Source: Nemertoderma westbladi (lineage: Eukaryota > Animalia > Xenacoelomorpha). From it: DNA of 64,000 nucleotides. The notes below the pieces were generated by a model. The model ran no database searches and was not told the DNA's origin. It worked only from the letters and a program-made list of their open reading frames with translations. Shown here piece after piece: positions 1 through 11,876 of the stretch (the first letter of the stretch is position 1; every line of letters begins with the position of its first letter). The stretch lies in assembly GCA_032718475.1 (NCBI GenBank), contig JAUCBJ010000593.1, positions 12,640-76,639 on the forward strand, read 5' to 3'. The position numbers and the translations under genes are program-made.

Positions 1-960
1 CAATTCCCATCAGACCTTCGTCTCGCTCTGCTATCTCCCCATTCCAATCAGATCTTCGTCTCGCTCTACTATCTCCCTATTCCAATCAGACCTTTGTCTC
101 GCTCTGCTATCCCCCCATTCCATCGGACCTTCGTCTCGCTCTGCTATCTCCCCATTCTCACCAGACCTTCGTCTCGCTCTGCTATCTCCCCATTCCATTC
201 AGACCTTTGTCTCGCTCTGCTATCTCCCCATTTCCATCAGACCTTCGTCTCGCTCTGCTATCTCCCTATTCCAATCAGACCTTTCTCTCGCTCTGCTATC
301 TCCCTATTCCAATCAGACCTTTGTCTCGCTCTGCTATCTCCCCATTTCCACCAGACCTTCGTCTCGCTCTGCTATCTCCCTATTCCAATCAGACCTTCGT
401 CTCGCTCTGCTATCTCCCCATTCCATCGGACCTTCGTCTCGCTCTGCTATCTCCCCAATTCCATCAGACCTTTGTCTCGCTCTGCTATCTCCCTATTCCA
501 ATCAGACCTTCGTCTCGCTCTGCTATCTCCCCATTCCCATCAGACCTTCGTCTCGCTCTGCTATCTCCCCATTCCCATCGGACCTTCGTCTCGCTCTGCT
601 ATCTCCCCATTCCATCGGACCTTCGTCTCGCTCTGCTATCTCCCCATTCCATCAGACCTTCGTCTCGCTCTGCTATCTCCCCATTCCATCGGACCTTCGT
701 CTCGCTCTGCTATCTCCCTATTCCAATCAGACCTTTGTCTCGCTCTGCTATCTCCCCATTCCAATCAGATCTTCGTCTCGCTCTACTATCTCCCTATTCC
801 AATCAGACCTTTGTCTCGCTCTGCTATCTCCCCATTCTCACCAGACCTTCGCCTCGCTCTGCTATCTCCCCATTCCAATCAGACCTTTGTCTCGCTCTGC
901 TATCTCCCTATTCCAATCAGACCTTTGTCTCGCTCTGCTATCTCCCCATTCCATCGGACC
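1..960. repeat. Tandem minisatellite, ~38-bp unit (CAGACCTTCGTCTCGCTCTGCTATCTCCCCATTCCAAT), ~25 copies, runs off the left edge
   Basis: Unit visible directly, with 37-40 bp variants. The ORFs at 94 and 207 are translations of the repeat. Confidence 0.97.
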
Positions 961-1690
961 TTAATTAAGTTTGTTTCTGATTTAGTGATCGTTTTCTTCC
1001 TCTTTGTTTTCAACCTTCTTTTATTTATAATTTGGTGCTAATTTTTTTTAAACATACCCAATGTTGGTAATAAAATCTCAATTCATTATATTATTTAATT
1101 ATATATTTAATACTTAACTGTGTTTGTTGGTTATGTAACAGTAACGCTACCTCGACTCACATTATTCACAATGCCTTGGAATTCCGACCAACTTATCAGT
1201 ATTAAGGTGCGCCCTGTACCTCATGAGTATAGAACCCCCGACCGACACCTGAGCGATTAACCTATAACCTCGCCTCCTCGAACTCGTTTAACTGCATTTT
1301 TAATTATTAGTAGATATACATTTTATAATTAATTAATTATTTTAGCTATTTTATAAATTATTAATTCCATATGTTGGACTAAAGAATATAATTATTAATT
1401 CTATATATAACTGCTGTATTATTTTAGAATAATTGTAGTATACATTATTAGCAAGCGTTTTAATTGTATTTTAATCTATTATATTTGAGATTAAGCTTTT
1501 ATTTTTAACATATAATTTGTTTGTATTAAATAGATTATATTTACATTATATGACATTTATGTTATGTAAAACTGTGTCGGATTTATGCTATGCGATCCGA
1601 CAATACCAATTGATAATGATTTTGTTAATGGAATATCATTTTATACAGTATCTATGAAGCTACAGTGGACATTTACATTGATTTGTTTAG

Positions 1691-1714
1691 TATGTGAAAT
1701 AACATTGGGCAAAG
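1691..1714 (+). CDS. Candidate 24-bp micro-exon of the laminin-G domain host gene (xCEITLGK)
   Basis: TTTGTTTAG| acceptor and strong AAAG|GTAAGT donor. The phase-1 end joins exon 29939 to give CEITLGK-D-GYTFTFNG, resembling an EGF end (CE) leading into LamG. Confidence 0.5.
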
Positions 1715-1792
1715 GTAAGTCCTGAAAAGTCATAAAATTAGACTCCTAGTGCCTTTACACTTGTGTTGGCACTTCCTAGTAAAGCAATATAA

Positions 1793-3933
1793 TCCCCTCC
1801 ATCTCCTCTATAAGGCCCCCCCTTCCATATATCCCAGTCTCCCACCTCCCTTCATCTCCTCTATAAGGTCACCCTTCCATATATCCCAGCCTCCCACCTC
1901 CCTCCACCTCCTCTATAAGGGCCCCCTTCCATATATCCCAGCCTCCCACCTCCCTTCATCTCCTCTATAAGGTCACCCTTCCATATATCCCAGCCTCCCA
2001 CCTCCCTCCACCTCCTCTATAAGGGCTCTCCTTCAATATATCCCAGCATCCCACCTCCCTCCACCTCCTCTATAAGGGCCCCCTCCATATATCCCAGCCT
2101 CCCACCTCCCTTCATATCCTCTCTAAGGGCTCCCCTTCCATATATATCAGCCTCCCACCTCCCTCCATCTCCTCTATAAGGGATCCCCTTCCATATATCC
2201 CAGCCTCCCACCTCCCTTCATCTCCTCTCTAAGGGCCCCCCTTCCATATATATCAGCCTCCCACCTCCCTCCATCTCCTCTATAAGGGATCCCCTTCCAT
2301 ATATCCCAGCCTCCCACCTCCCTTCATCTCCTCTCTAAGGGCCCCCCTTCCATATATATCAGCCTCCCACCTCCCTCCATCTCCTCTATAAGGGATCCCC
2401 TTCCATATATCCCAGCCTCCCACCTCCCTTCATCTCCTCTCTAAGGGCCCTCCTTCCATATATCCCAGCCTCCCACCTCCCTCCATCTCCTCTATAAGGG
2501 ATCCCCTTCCATATATCCCAGCCTCCCACCTCCCTTCATCTCCTCTCTAAGGGCCCCCCTTCCATATATATCAGCCTCCCACTTCTTTCCATCTCCTCTA
2601 TAAGGGATCCCCCCCCCCCCACTTCCCTCCATCTCCTCTATAAGTCCTCTCCTTCCATATATCCCAGCCTCCCACCTCCCACCATCTCCTCTATAAGTCC
2701 TCTCTTTCCATATACCCCAGCCTCCCACATCCCTACATCTCCTCTATAGGGGCTCCCCTTCCACCTCCCTCCATCTCCTCTATAAGGCCTCTCCTTCCAT
2801 ATATCTCAGCCTCCCACCTCCCTCCATCTTCTCTATAAGGTATCCCCTTCCATATATTCCAACCGCCCACCTCCCTTCAGCTCCTCTATAAGGTCACCCT
2901 TCCATATATCCCAGCCTCCCACCTCCCTCCACCTCCTCTATAAGGGCTCTCCTTCAATATATCCCAGCATCCCACCTCCCTCCACCTCCTCTATAAGGGC
3001 CCCCTCCATATATCCCAGTCTCCAACCACCCTCCATCTCCTCTATAAGGCCTCTCCTTCAATATATCCCAGCCTCCCACCTCCCTCCATCTTCTCTATAA
3101 GGTATCCCCTTCCATATATCCAACCGCCCACCTCCCTTCAGCTCCTCTATAAGGTCACCCTTCCATATATCCCAGCCTCCCACCTCCCTCCACCTCCTCT
3201 ATAAGGGCTCTCCTTCAATATATCCCAGCATCCCACCTCCCTCCACCTCCTCTATAAGGGCCCCCTCCATATATCCCAGTCTCCAACCTCCCTCCATCTC
3301 CTCTATAAGGCCTCTCCTTCCATATATCCCAACCTCCCACCTCCCTCCATCTCCTCTATAAGGCCTCTCCTTCCATATATATCAGCCTCCCACCTCCCTC
3401 CATCTCCTCTATAAGGCCTCTCCGCTCTACAACTTGTATTTATTAATGTAGGCCTCTCCTTCCATATATCCCAACCTCCCACCTCCCTCCATCTCCTCTA
3501 TAAGGCCTCTCCTTCCATATATCCCAGCCTCCCACCTCCCTCCACCTCCTCTATAAGGGCTCTCCTTCAATATATCCCAGCATCCCACCTCCCTCCACCT
3601 CCTCTATAAGGGCCCCCTTCCATATATCCCAGTCTCCAACCACCCTCCATCTCCTCTATAAGTCCTCTCCTTCCATATATATCAGCCTCCCACCTCCGTC
3701 CATCTCCTCTATAAGGCCTCTCTGCTCTACAACTTGTATTTATTAATGTAGGCCTCTCCTTCCATATATCCCAACCTCCCACCTCCCTCCATCTCCTCTA
3801 TAAGGCCTCTCCTTCCATATATCTCAGCCTCCCACCTCCCTCCATCTCCTCTATAAGGCCTCTCCGCTCTACAACTTGTATTTATTAATGTAGGCCTCTC
3901 CTTCCATATATCCCAACCTCCCACCTCCCTCCA
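1793..3933. repeat. 53-bp pyrimidine-rich satellite (CCTTCCATATATCCCAGCCTCCCACCTCCCTCCATCTCCTCTATAAGGCCTCT), left part
   Basis: Tandem units visible, some with a 36-bp insert (CCGCTCTACAACTTGTATTTATTAATGTAGGCCTCT). Interrupted at 3934 by the LTR element. Confidence 0.97.
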
Positions 3934-5117
3934 TGTAAAGGCTTTTGCGTAATTAGCCGGTTATTTTCCCCGTAAAGTACTTTGTAGTTGGTTTAACAGG
4001 CATAAAAGGCCTTGTCCTTACTGTACTGTTGTTTTAGAGGACATAAAAGCCATTTCTTCTGTATGTGTACTTTAGCGGACATGATTAGCAATTTTATGAC
4101 GCAATGCGCCAAATCCTCTGTAAACAGTGTAGCTACCATGACGACGGCTAACAGCTGATGCTGTATACGTGGACCTTTTCTTTGTTCTCTGTTCCTTCTT
4201 TGTTCGGTCGACCAATCAGAGCGTTTTTTGCCTCTGTGTTAGAGATTGTATATAGAAACTCGTGGAGTTGAGTCAGTATGTGATTTTGTCCACAGCCTAC
4301 AACATCGGCTTTGGAACCTCCGTGTTTCAGTCTTTAGTCCAACATTAGTAGGCTTAATTATAGAACATATATCCATTATCTCACTCACTTAACTAATCAT
4401 ACATAACATATCATATCTCAATAATCATAACTTACTCATTCATAACTTAACATTGTACTGCTATTTACTGTCGTTTATTCATTATTTGTTGATGGAATAT
4501 TATATTTGGAATACTGATAAATAATCAGACACCCCAATCTTCTTGATATACTAAAGGTTAGAGAGACCGGTTACATATAACGATTGCGACTTACATTAAG
4601 TGGTTTGAAGTGAATCTAATGCTATTTTATTGGCCCTACACGTATTGTCTGTTGTTCTCCTTATATGTGACTAAAATTAGTGAAGGTCAGCAGATTGGTG
4701 TGCAACATTGTGCAGTATTGTGTATGATCGTGATTGATAACGAAGCATCTCCTAAAGAATGCGCCATATACGTGAATCTATAGCCATCCCGTTGTGTCTA
4801 GTTTAAGTCATAACTCTGTTTATATATTTAGAGCGCCACGTCCTAAAGGAACTGTTAATATTTCCCGAAAGTGAATAATATTTGTCAGAGATTATATATA
4901 TTACGATCAGTCGAATAATACAGTAGGCCTACCCCGCAATACGGTTAGGCTTCCGAATCCAATCTCCCGGGTATATCCAGCGGGTGAATGATCGCGCATA
5001 GACTGGTTTCGGTTAATGTAGTGTATCAAATACTTGTCATAGGCTAAAGACTATCTATCATCTAAAAGACATCCCAATTTGGCAGGTTAAACTGCTAAAG
5101 GTCTGAAAGCGCAAACA
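3934..5117 (+). repeat. 5' LTR (1184 bp)
   Basis: TG...CA termini; matches 17829-19011 with roughly 15 differences by manual comparison. Confidence 0.95.
4212..4277 (+). promoter_or_regulatory. Candidate LTR core promoter (CCAAT box, TATA-like, Inr-like TCAGT)
   Basis: CCAAT 4212-4216, TATATAGA 4249-4256, TCAGT 4273-4277 in plausible order and spacing. Motif evidence only. Confidence 0.35.
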
Positions 5118-5521
5118 ATAACAGATATAAAGTTCGGATTGCAGGGTAGGCAATAAATACAGTTTAATATTGTTCTGGTAAGAACAATAACAGATAACTA
5201 CGTACAATCAGAGGATATAGTTGTCTATTGTTCTGGTAAGAACAATAACAGATATAGCTTCTGTATTGCAGTAGGCAATAAAGCTGAAGTACCGGTTAAC
5301 CGGTACCTAGTAGGCCTGACTACCTAACTACCCGGACCGGTACCTACAGCAGTACAGGTACAGCAGTATTATTCGATTGTGAAATTGTATACCGGTAGGC
5401 TGTTTAAGAGATTAGGGACTGTACACCCCTTGTTTCTTTTGGAGCTTACTTATTTCTGTCAGTTTTATTTATTTGTAGGCCAGTATTGAGCAGAAGGCGT
5501 GTAAGCCTGCTCAGATTGTAC

Positions 5522-6097
5522 AGACAATTTGTAGGCTAGACTGTTGTCTGACTGTTGTTAGGTCTGAAGAGACTGTAGTGTGTGTAGAGCATATGTCCGA
5601 AAAAGTATTAGTTAGGAAAGTAGGGGCTGCCAGTGCTGTGAGGTGGACCCCCTCGAAAGAATAAGTCGTACTACTCGGTTAGAACGCATACTAACTAACC
5701 ATTTCGGAGTTTGCATATACTGTAGTGTATTTAGGCTTGATAGTAGTCTGCCAGCGTTTTCTGTACTTTGTTTGTGTAGTTTGTACGGGTAGCGTAATAT
5801 TTCTTACTTAGATAATTTGTAGGCTGGATTTTGTCTGGCTGTTGTTAGGTCTTGAGAGATTTCGGTGTGTGTAGAGTGTATGTCCGATAAAGTGCCAGTT
5901 GGGAACGTAGGGGCTTCCAGAGCTGTGAGGTAAACCCCCTCGAAAGAATAAGTCGTCCTACTAGGTTAGAACGCATACTAACTAACCATTTCGGAGTCTG
6001 CATATACCATAGTTTGTTTGGGCTTGATAGTAGTCTGTCAGTATTTGGTCTGCATTTTGTTTGAGTAGTCTGTACGCGTAGCGTAATATTTATTATT
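5522..6097. repeat. Diverged ~288-bp tandem duplication in the element's 5' leader
   Basis: AATTTGTAGGCT...CCCCCTCGAAAGAATAAGTCGT...GTAGCGTAATATTT occurs at ~5522-5809 and ~5810-6097. Confidence 0.85.
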
Positions 6098-7298
6098 CAG
6101 AGTTTATGCGATTATTCGCAACATTCATATCCCCAAGTTTATTCCTACAGTAATTGTGCTTGTTATATATACCGTTATAGTTAAACTAACCCCGGTACTA
6201 CATCAGGGCTGCTTGGCGTAGGTAAAGACTGGAGATTTTGTGCTTTGGTCACTCTGGCAGATACCGTGGTTCTTTTAGCTGTTCAAGTATTTTAACTACT
6301 AATTATATTTGTTGTATAAGTACTTGTACCTAATTTAGGGTTTAGTGTACAGTACTTTCCGAAGGTGATTAGTGTGTAGGCAGTATATTTGTGTTGTAAA
6401 GTGGTTAATAGGCACGTTGGTTCTGGTAGACCGCGGTAATTAACTTCTAGGTAGGAACACTCCGTGATACATAACGTAGTACTTATAGCGATATGGCTAT
6501 AAGTCGTCAGACGGTGGTATTTTCCTATCTGGACAACGCAGTATATTTACTACTACTTATTATTTTCAAATACCGTAGTACCCTGTCCTTTGTAATAACC
6601 AGATATTCTAACCCTTTGTTAGGCTGGTTAGTAGACTTCTTGTAAAATTACCCTAAAAATTCGTACTTGTAAATTTTTGTGTTTATTTAGAGATTGTAAT
6701 CTCACCCCGAATTGTATGTAATTTGTAGTATTAAGTAACTTAGGTAAATTAGAATTATTTGTTTTAGTGTCCAACAAGTAGCACTTCACTGAGAGCACAC
6801 AGCTTCTGTGTAGTGACTCCCCCAGAAATAATAACATTTATTTCAAATATTGACAAAAACCCATTTTAACGGGTATATATATTATAAATCAACTCAAACC
6901 GATTTATAAAATAGTAGGCCTGTCATACAACAATTAGGTCTAAATATCAGTTGGACTACTGCTTAAATAATGGTAATAAAGTAAGTTAAAGTAACCAAGT
7001 AACCCTAAAATTCAGAAATTCAGTTATTCTAAAATAATTGACATACCGGTATTCACGATAGGCCTATTATATATTTATAAATTTAGGCTGAAATTATACC
7101 GGTATTCTGTAATTAATTCTAGTTCATAATTATACTTATATATACTATAAGCATACCGGTATTCTAATATATTATATATATATCACGCTACACTGAGTAG
7201 CAGTATCGGTAATTAATTACTAGGCTAACAGTGATACTGAATTACTAGACTTGCTTAAACTGTAATAGAGCAGTAGGCATTCAACTGTACAAACAAAC

Positions 7299-10200
7299 AT
7301 GTCTGACACTAAACAAAACCTGTCGGACAGTCTCCTAGATACAACCATCTGTGACCCAGACAGGAGTGTGGAACGTGAGAGACCGAAGTTCAATTCACAT
7401 CCTACTGTAAGAAAGATCATCCCTCCAGTAGTAATATCAGACCCTAGGCTGGTCCAACACCGTAGGTCTATCATAGGCACTCGAGCTCAGGTCAAGCGGG
7501 ACCAAGAAGCAGCGGAACCGCAACAACCCGCGAGCCAAGAACTTATTTCTCAACGGCCCGACAGCTCCAGTAGTGCGGACACTGTAGAGCTGACACCCGA
7601 GCACGGAGCAAAGATGACAGATGCGGTTTATTCGGACCCCCTTCTCATCCTTCCTGCAGCCGTACTCACTAGGTTATTGATTGCGGTGGAAGAACACCAG
7701 ATCGATTGGGCGAGAAATAAGCGATCGACTAAAGATAGTTATGCGGGATACACAAGGGAAGAACTGAAGTCTATTGTCGAGTCGCAATGGAACTTCCCCG
7801 GACCCGGACTCCCGTTTGATTTATCAGAAGCTGCCTGGGAAGACATACACAGGATGGGAGTAACCAAGGAAACCATCGATCCAGCTGTGTGGAAGAGGTC
7901 CGCAGCCGGATACGCACAGGGATTCTTCAGCTCTATGGACCGATTAAAAGAACAACTGTTTCAACAACCCCAAGGACCTCAAGAGCAGGGACAGCTGCTT
8001 TATCAAGTTAGAGAAAGAATTCTACGAATCAGGCTAATCTTATCGGCCTTTGAGGAGGCTTCTAAAAGAAGACAAGACACGTCGTTGCAAGTTGTCGTAA
8101 AGACTTGGTTTCAACGGGTGAGTCTCCAGGATCAAGGAACGGCTCAGTGGAAAGCTCAGCTGGAGGAGCGCTCAACCCATGGAGAATCAACAGACGCTAC
8201 TTTTTCCCAAGTGGAAAGTGAAGCGACGGCAGAGAAACCGCATAAGAGGGATGCCATTGACATCTATCTGTCAGACTATCAGCGCTTTTTAGGAGATGAA
8301 GAGTTGAGGAGAAGGTTAGATGGACTTAGCCCTAATAGTGAAGGAACCCAGCGTGTGTTGGACGCCATCGATGTGGATATGAGAGCTGCGAACCAAGCTA
8401 GATTTGATGAACGCCTTCGCATCACTAGAGTCCAAGAAGAACAAGTGAAGAAAAAACGTATAGAAGACAGAAAGGCAGCGGCAGCAGCAGTGGCAGCTGC
8501 AGAAGCAGAAAGAAAAGCGGCAGTAGCAGCGGCAGAGGCAGAGGCGGAAAGAAAAGCGGCAGCGGCAGAAGCGGAAAGAAAGGCGGCAGTGGCAGCGGCC
8601 GAAGCGGAAAGAAAAGCGGCAGAGGCAGTGGCAGAAGCAGAACGGAGAGCGGCTGAAGAAACCACCCAATTAGAATTGGAAAACATTCAGGAGAATCAAG
8701 ACTGCATAAATAAACAGTTAACAGCTAGTAATATGCAGATGATGAATCGATCTACTCCCAAAAGACAGGGATATACATCATCTGAGGAAGGCGATACCAC
8801 CGATACTGAAGGCAAAGGAAATAGATCTCGTCTAAGCAGACGTAGAAGAACATCCCACCGTCAGAAATTGCCTGATTTGCCTCCAGCTGTTAGAAGGCAA
8901 CTAAATAACACAAACTTAGGTAGTACAGAACCCACAGACCAAATAATTAAAATAGAAAGACTCCCTACTATAGTAGATGAGCCTGAAATAATTAGGCCTG
9001 TTCCCGAAGCCACCCCTTCGGTGGTAGAGACACCTGTACTCCCTGAACCTACCTCTAAATTCCCTCTGCACAGCACTAAGCTACCTGTGCCCAGCAGAAC
9101 AGCCCATGAGACAATCCATGTCCTGGACTCCGAGCGAAATATTAATGATTTGTCGCCCGTTGTCCCTCGTCCGCCCGCTACAACGTTGGCGGCTCCCTCT
9201 TCGGCGGTCGAGTGGGTGGATGAGAGACGATGGGGGATGGATCTCCTGCTCGGGCAGATGCAGGAGACCGTTCAAAAATTCAAGGGCACAGTAAGGGAAA
9301 GTAGGTTAGAGTTGCAAGAAGTGCAGCAAAGTATCGCGCTAGAACGCGATAAATTAGTAAATACACAAAAGGGTATACCACCACCCCCTGTAACAATGTG
9401 TCAACCTGTTAGGTCTGAAGTGTTTCATGCGCAAGGTGTGGAGCCTACACGCATCTATACTGCTAGTGAAGTAGAAACTCCTATAGTAAACCCTATTAAG
9501 GGTAATTATAAACCTGTTGATAATGATATTCCCTATAGACCTGATCATAATCCGAGAAATTTATATACCGATAACTCGATATTAAATAACACGATGGCCC
9601 AAGAAAGTTTTACGCGTCAAATGGCTAGAACCGAAGCCCGTCAAGCGGTAAAGGTGGGAGAGATAGTCAAGTTCAATGGAGATGAGATGAAATGGTTACC
9701 TTTTAATGAATATTATAAAGATAACATACAGAACTCTGTACTATCTAATGGAGAGAAACTTAGATTCCTCATCGAGTGCTTGGAAGGAACTCCCAAGTTA
9801 ATGGCGTTAAAGATTATTGGACATCCCGATGGATTAAGACAAGTTTGGGATACCCTAAACATCAGGTATGGTAATAGGACTAACATAGCTAGGTATTTAT
9901 ATGCAAAATTAATGGCGCCCCGAAAGTTTCTTAGCAGCGGGATTATAGAGTTTTCCGACGAGATTCAGGAGATCTGTAGACAACTAGATTGGTTAGGTAA
10001 GTCTCATGAATACCAGAATTCTATGGTTGTAGGAGCCTTAGTATCTAATTTGCCCAAGGGCGGAGTAGGTACACGCTGGGACAAGACAGTGTTATACATG
10101 ATGGAACAACAACGAAGAGATCCTACCATGGCTGATCTCATGTCATTCTTAGATGGAGAAGTGAAATTGCAGCTCCTAAAGCAGTCCAGAGAGAAGACAC

Positions 10201-11876
10201 CGGAAAACAAGGTAAGTGAGAAACCCGTTTCTAGGAAAAAGGTAATACCAGTGTGTTATACAGACGACGGCGAAAGCCAGGCTTCTCAAGAGGAAGACAA
10301 CGGGAAAGACACTGAAAGATCTTACTATGACAACAAAGCGCTTAAGGACGTAAGTAAATTCAAGTCTCGAACCAATGACAGGAGAGAACAGGTAAGAAAA
10401 ACTCCTCCTACGTCTCCTAAGAGAATTCATGTAAGAAAGCCCGAGGAAAGAACGAGTGTGCACAACGTTACCCAAAGTAAGGTAAGTAACATCAAACCAA
10501 AATGTGTGCTGTGTGACGGGCCCCACCGTTTAAGTGTGTGTGATGAATTCCTAAGGAAATCACTAAAGGATAGACGGAAAGTCATGTGGGATAAGCGGTT
10601 GTGTTATAATTGCCTCAGACGAGGACACCAACGGCGAACCTGTTACTCCGACGCAAGTAAGGTAAGTGAGGTAAGTGAGTCCGAACTACATGTCCAATTC
10701 AGTGATGTGAACGACACTGACCAAAGTTCTGAGATGGAAGGATTCTATACGGACGAATTCTCAGACGAAAACGAATCCTGTTACTTAATAAATACCGCAG
10801 TGTATCGAGCACTTACGTATGAGAAGGAAACCAACAGTGAGCTCCCCGTAATTACTTCTGATCGACAACCATCTTGGAAAGCGCCAACTTCCAATGTAGG
10901 AATCCGAGAATTTCCTGTAGTACAGTTAAGGGTCCACGGACCTAAAAGGAGTTATATAGTGAACGCCCTCCTTGACTCCGGTAGCACAGGAACATTCATC
11001 GACAAAGAACTAGCCGAAGACATCTTTGCTGGACAACCCAAGTTCCGAACTAAGCTAAACATGTCAGGAATTATGCAGGTTTGGAAATCTACCGTAATAG
11101 CGGATTATTATGTAGGCGCGTTGTCCACCCCCCAGGATGAACTAGGAGAACACAGCATAAGGTCAGTAAAAATGGTCGCGATAAAGAACTTCGCTACCAG
11201 CCAAGTGGAACCTTATAACTGGGATGAGGACGATTTCACCCAGCAGCTTGAAATACCTAGATTCAACACCGATTACCCTGGAGTCCAAATACTCATCGGT
11301 CAAAATGCGCATGAAGCGCTCGAGACATTGGAGAAACGGCCTGCTCAACCGCAACCACTACAAGCTTATGCGGGAAGAACTAGAGTGGGTTGGTACTTTA
11401 CTGGCCCTTCCCGTAGAACTCTCATGGAAAGATTACCGAAAGATCAGGTATATCAATTAAGTGAACGGGAAGTGGAGAGCAGTGAAGTTGACGACCCAAC
11501 TGAGGGAACACCATACTCCTCAGATAATGACGATATCCACTCCAATGTAGATCAATGGAGACATTGCCCCGAGACGATTAATCTAGCCGACATCGCCTCC
11601 AGAGGAGCAACTCCTCAAGAACTGACAGATACTCCAGACTGGTTAGGTGAACCCGACTTCCTAAGTAAAGAAGATGAATGGCCTCCCCACCTTAACCCGG
11701 CTGAGATTAGACAGGCCAAGGGAGCGGAGAAAGTAACACAACCACTCAATCGCCCAGCTGGTCGTTTATGTTTACTGGAAAGAGACCGAAAACTGTCCAG
11801 AAACTATGGAAGGCAAGATACTCTTCCCACGACCACCTCCCTAATCCAACAAATATCTAGGGACTCCATAACGTAA
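7299..11876 (+). CDS. gag: BEL/Pao Gag-protease polyprotein (1525 aa) with RT, most of RNase H and integrase deleted
   Basis: DUF1759-like KFNGDEMKWLPF...LSNGEKLRFLIECLEG; zinc knuckles CVLCDGPHRLSVC and CYNCLRRGHQRRTC; protease NALLDSGSTGTFI...ILIGQ...RTRVGW; Pao RNase H tail QWRHCP..NLADIASRG..W.GEPDFL; pol C-terminus-like NRPAGRLCLLE. No YxDD RT motif or integrase core. Confidence 0.9.
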   Translation: MSDTKQNLSDSLLDTTICDPDRSVERERPKFNSHPTVRKIIPPVVISDPRLVQHRRSIIGTRAQVKRDQEAAEPQQPASQELISQRPDSSSSADTVELTPEHGAKMTDAVYSDPLLILPAAVLTRLLIAVEEHQIDWARNKRSTKDSYAGYTREELKSIVESQWNFPGPGLPFDLSEAAWEDIHRMGVTKETIDPAVWKRSAAGYAQGFFSSMDRLKEQLFQQPQGPQEQGQLLYQVRERILRIRLILSAFEEASKRRQDTSLQVVVKTWFQRVSLQDQGTAQWKAQLEERSTHGESTDATFSQVESEATAEKPHKRDAIDIYLSDYQRFLGDEELRRRLDGLSPNSEGTQRVLDAIDVDMRAANQARFDERLRITRVQEEQVKKKRIEDRKAAAAAVAAAEAERKAAVAAAEAEAERKAAAAEAERKAAVAAAEAERKAAEAVAEAERRAAEETTQLELENIQENQDCINKQLTASNMQMMNRSTPKRQGYTSSEEGDTTDTEGKGNRSRLSRRRRTSHRQKLPDLPPAVRRQLNNTNLGSTEPTDQIIKIERLPTIVDEPEIIRPVPEATPSVVETPVLPEPTSKFPLHSTKLPVPSRTAHETIHVLDSERNINDLSPVVPRPPATTLAAPSSAVEWVDERRWGMDLLLGQMQETVQKFKGTVRESRLELQEVQQSIALERDKLVNTQKGIPPPPVTMCQPVRSEVFHAQGVEPTRIYTASEVETPIVNPIKGNYKPVDNDIPYRPDHNPRNLYTDNSILNNTMAQESFTRQMARTEARQAVKVGEIVKFNGDEMKWLPFNEYYKDNIQNSVLSNGEKLRFLIECLEGTPKLMALKIIGHPDGLRQVWDTLNIRYGNRTNIARYLYAKLMAPRKFLSSGIIEFSDEIQEICRQLDWLGKSHEYQNSMVVGALVSNLPKGGVGTRWDKTVLYMMEQQRRDPTMADLMSFLDGEVKLQLLKQSREKTPENKVSEKPVSRKKVIPVCYTDDGESQASQEEDNGKDTERSYYDNKALKDVSKFKSRTNDRREQVRKTPPTSPKRIHVRKPEERTSVHNVTQSKVSNIKPKCVLCDGPHRLSVCDEFLRKSLKDRRKVMWDKRLCYNCLRRGHQRRTCYSDASKVSEVSESELHVQFSDVNDTDQSSEMEGFYTDEFSDENESCYLINTAVYRALTYEKETNSELPVITSDRQPSWKAPTSNVGIREFPVVQLRVHGPKRSYIVNALLDSGSTGTFIDKELAEDIFAGQPKFRTKLNMSGIMQVWKSTVIADYYVGALSTPQDELGEHSIRSVKMVAIKNFATSQVEPYNWDEDDFTQQLEIPRFNTDYPGVQILIGQNAHEALETLEKRPAQPQPLQAYAGRTRVGWYFTGPSRRTLMERLPKDQVYQLSEREVESSEVDDPTEGTPYSSDNDDIHSNVDQWRHCPETINLADIASRGATPQELTDTPDWLGEPDFLSKEDEWPPHLNPAEIRQAKGAEKVTQPLNRPAGRLCLLERDRKLSRNYGRQDTLPTTTSLIQQISRDSIT

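Noticed and set aside
94-1041. 315-aa and 253-aa ORFs
   Set aside because: Translations of the 38-bp repeat with non-ATG starts; no protein-like content.
8279-8686. Antisense Ala/Ser-rich and Cys-rich ORFs
   Set aside because: Shadows of the AEAERKAA repeat in gag.
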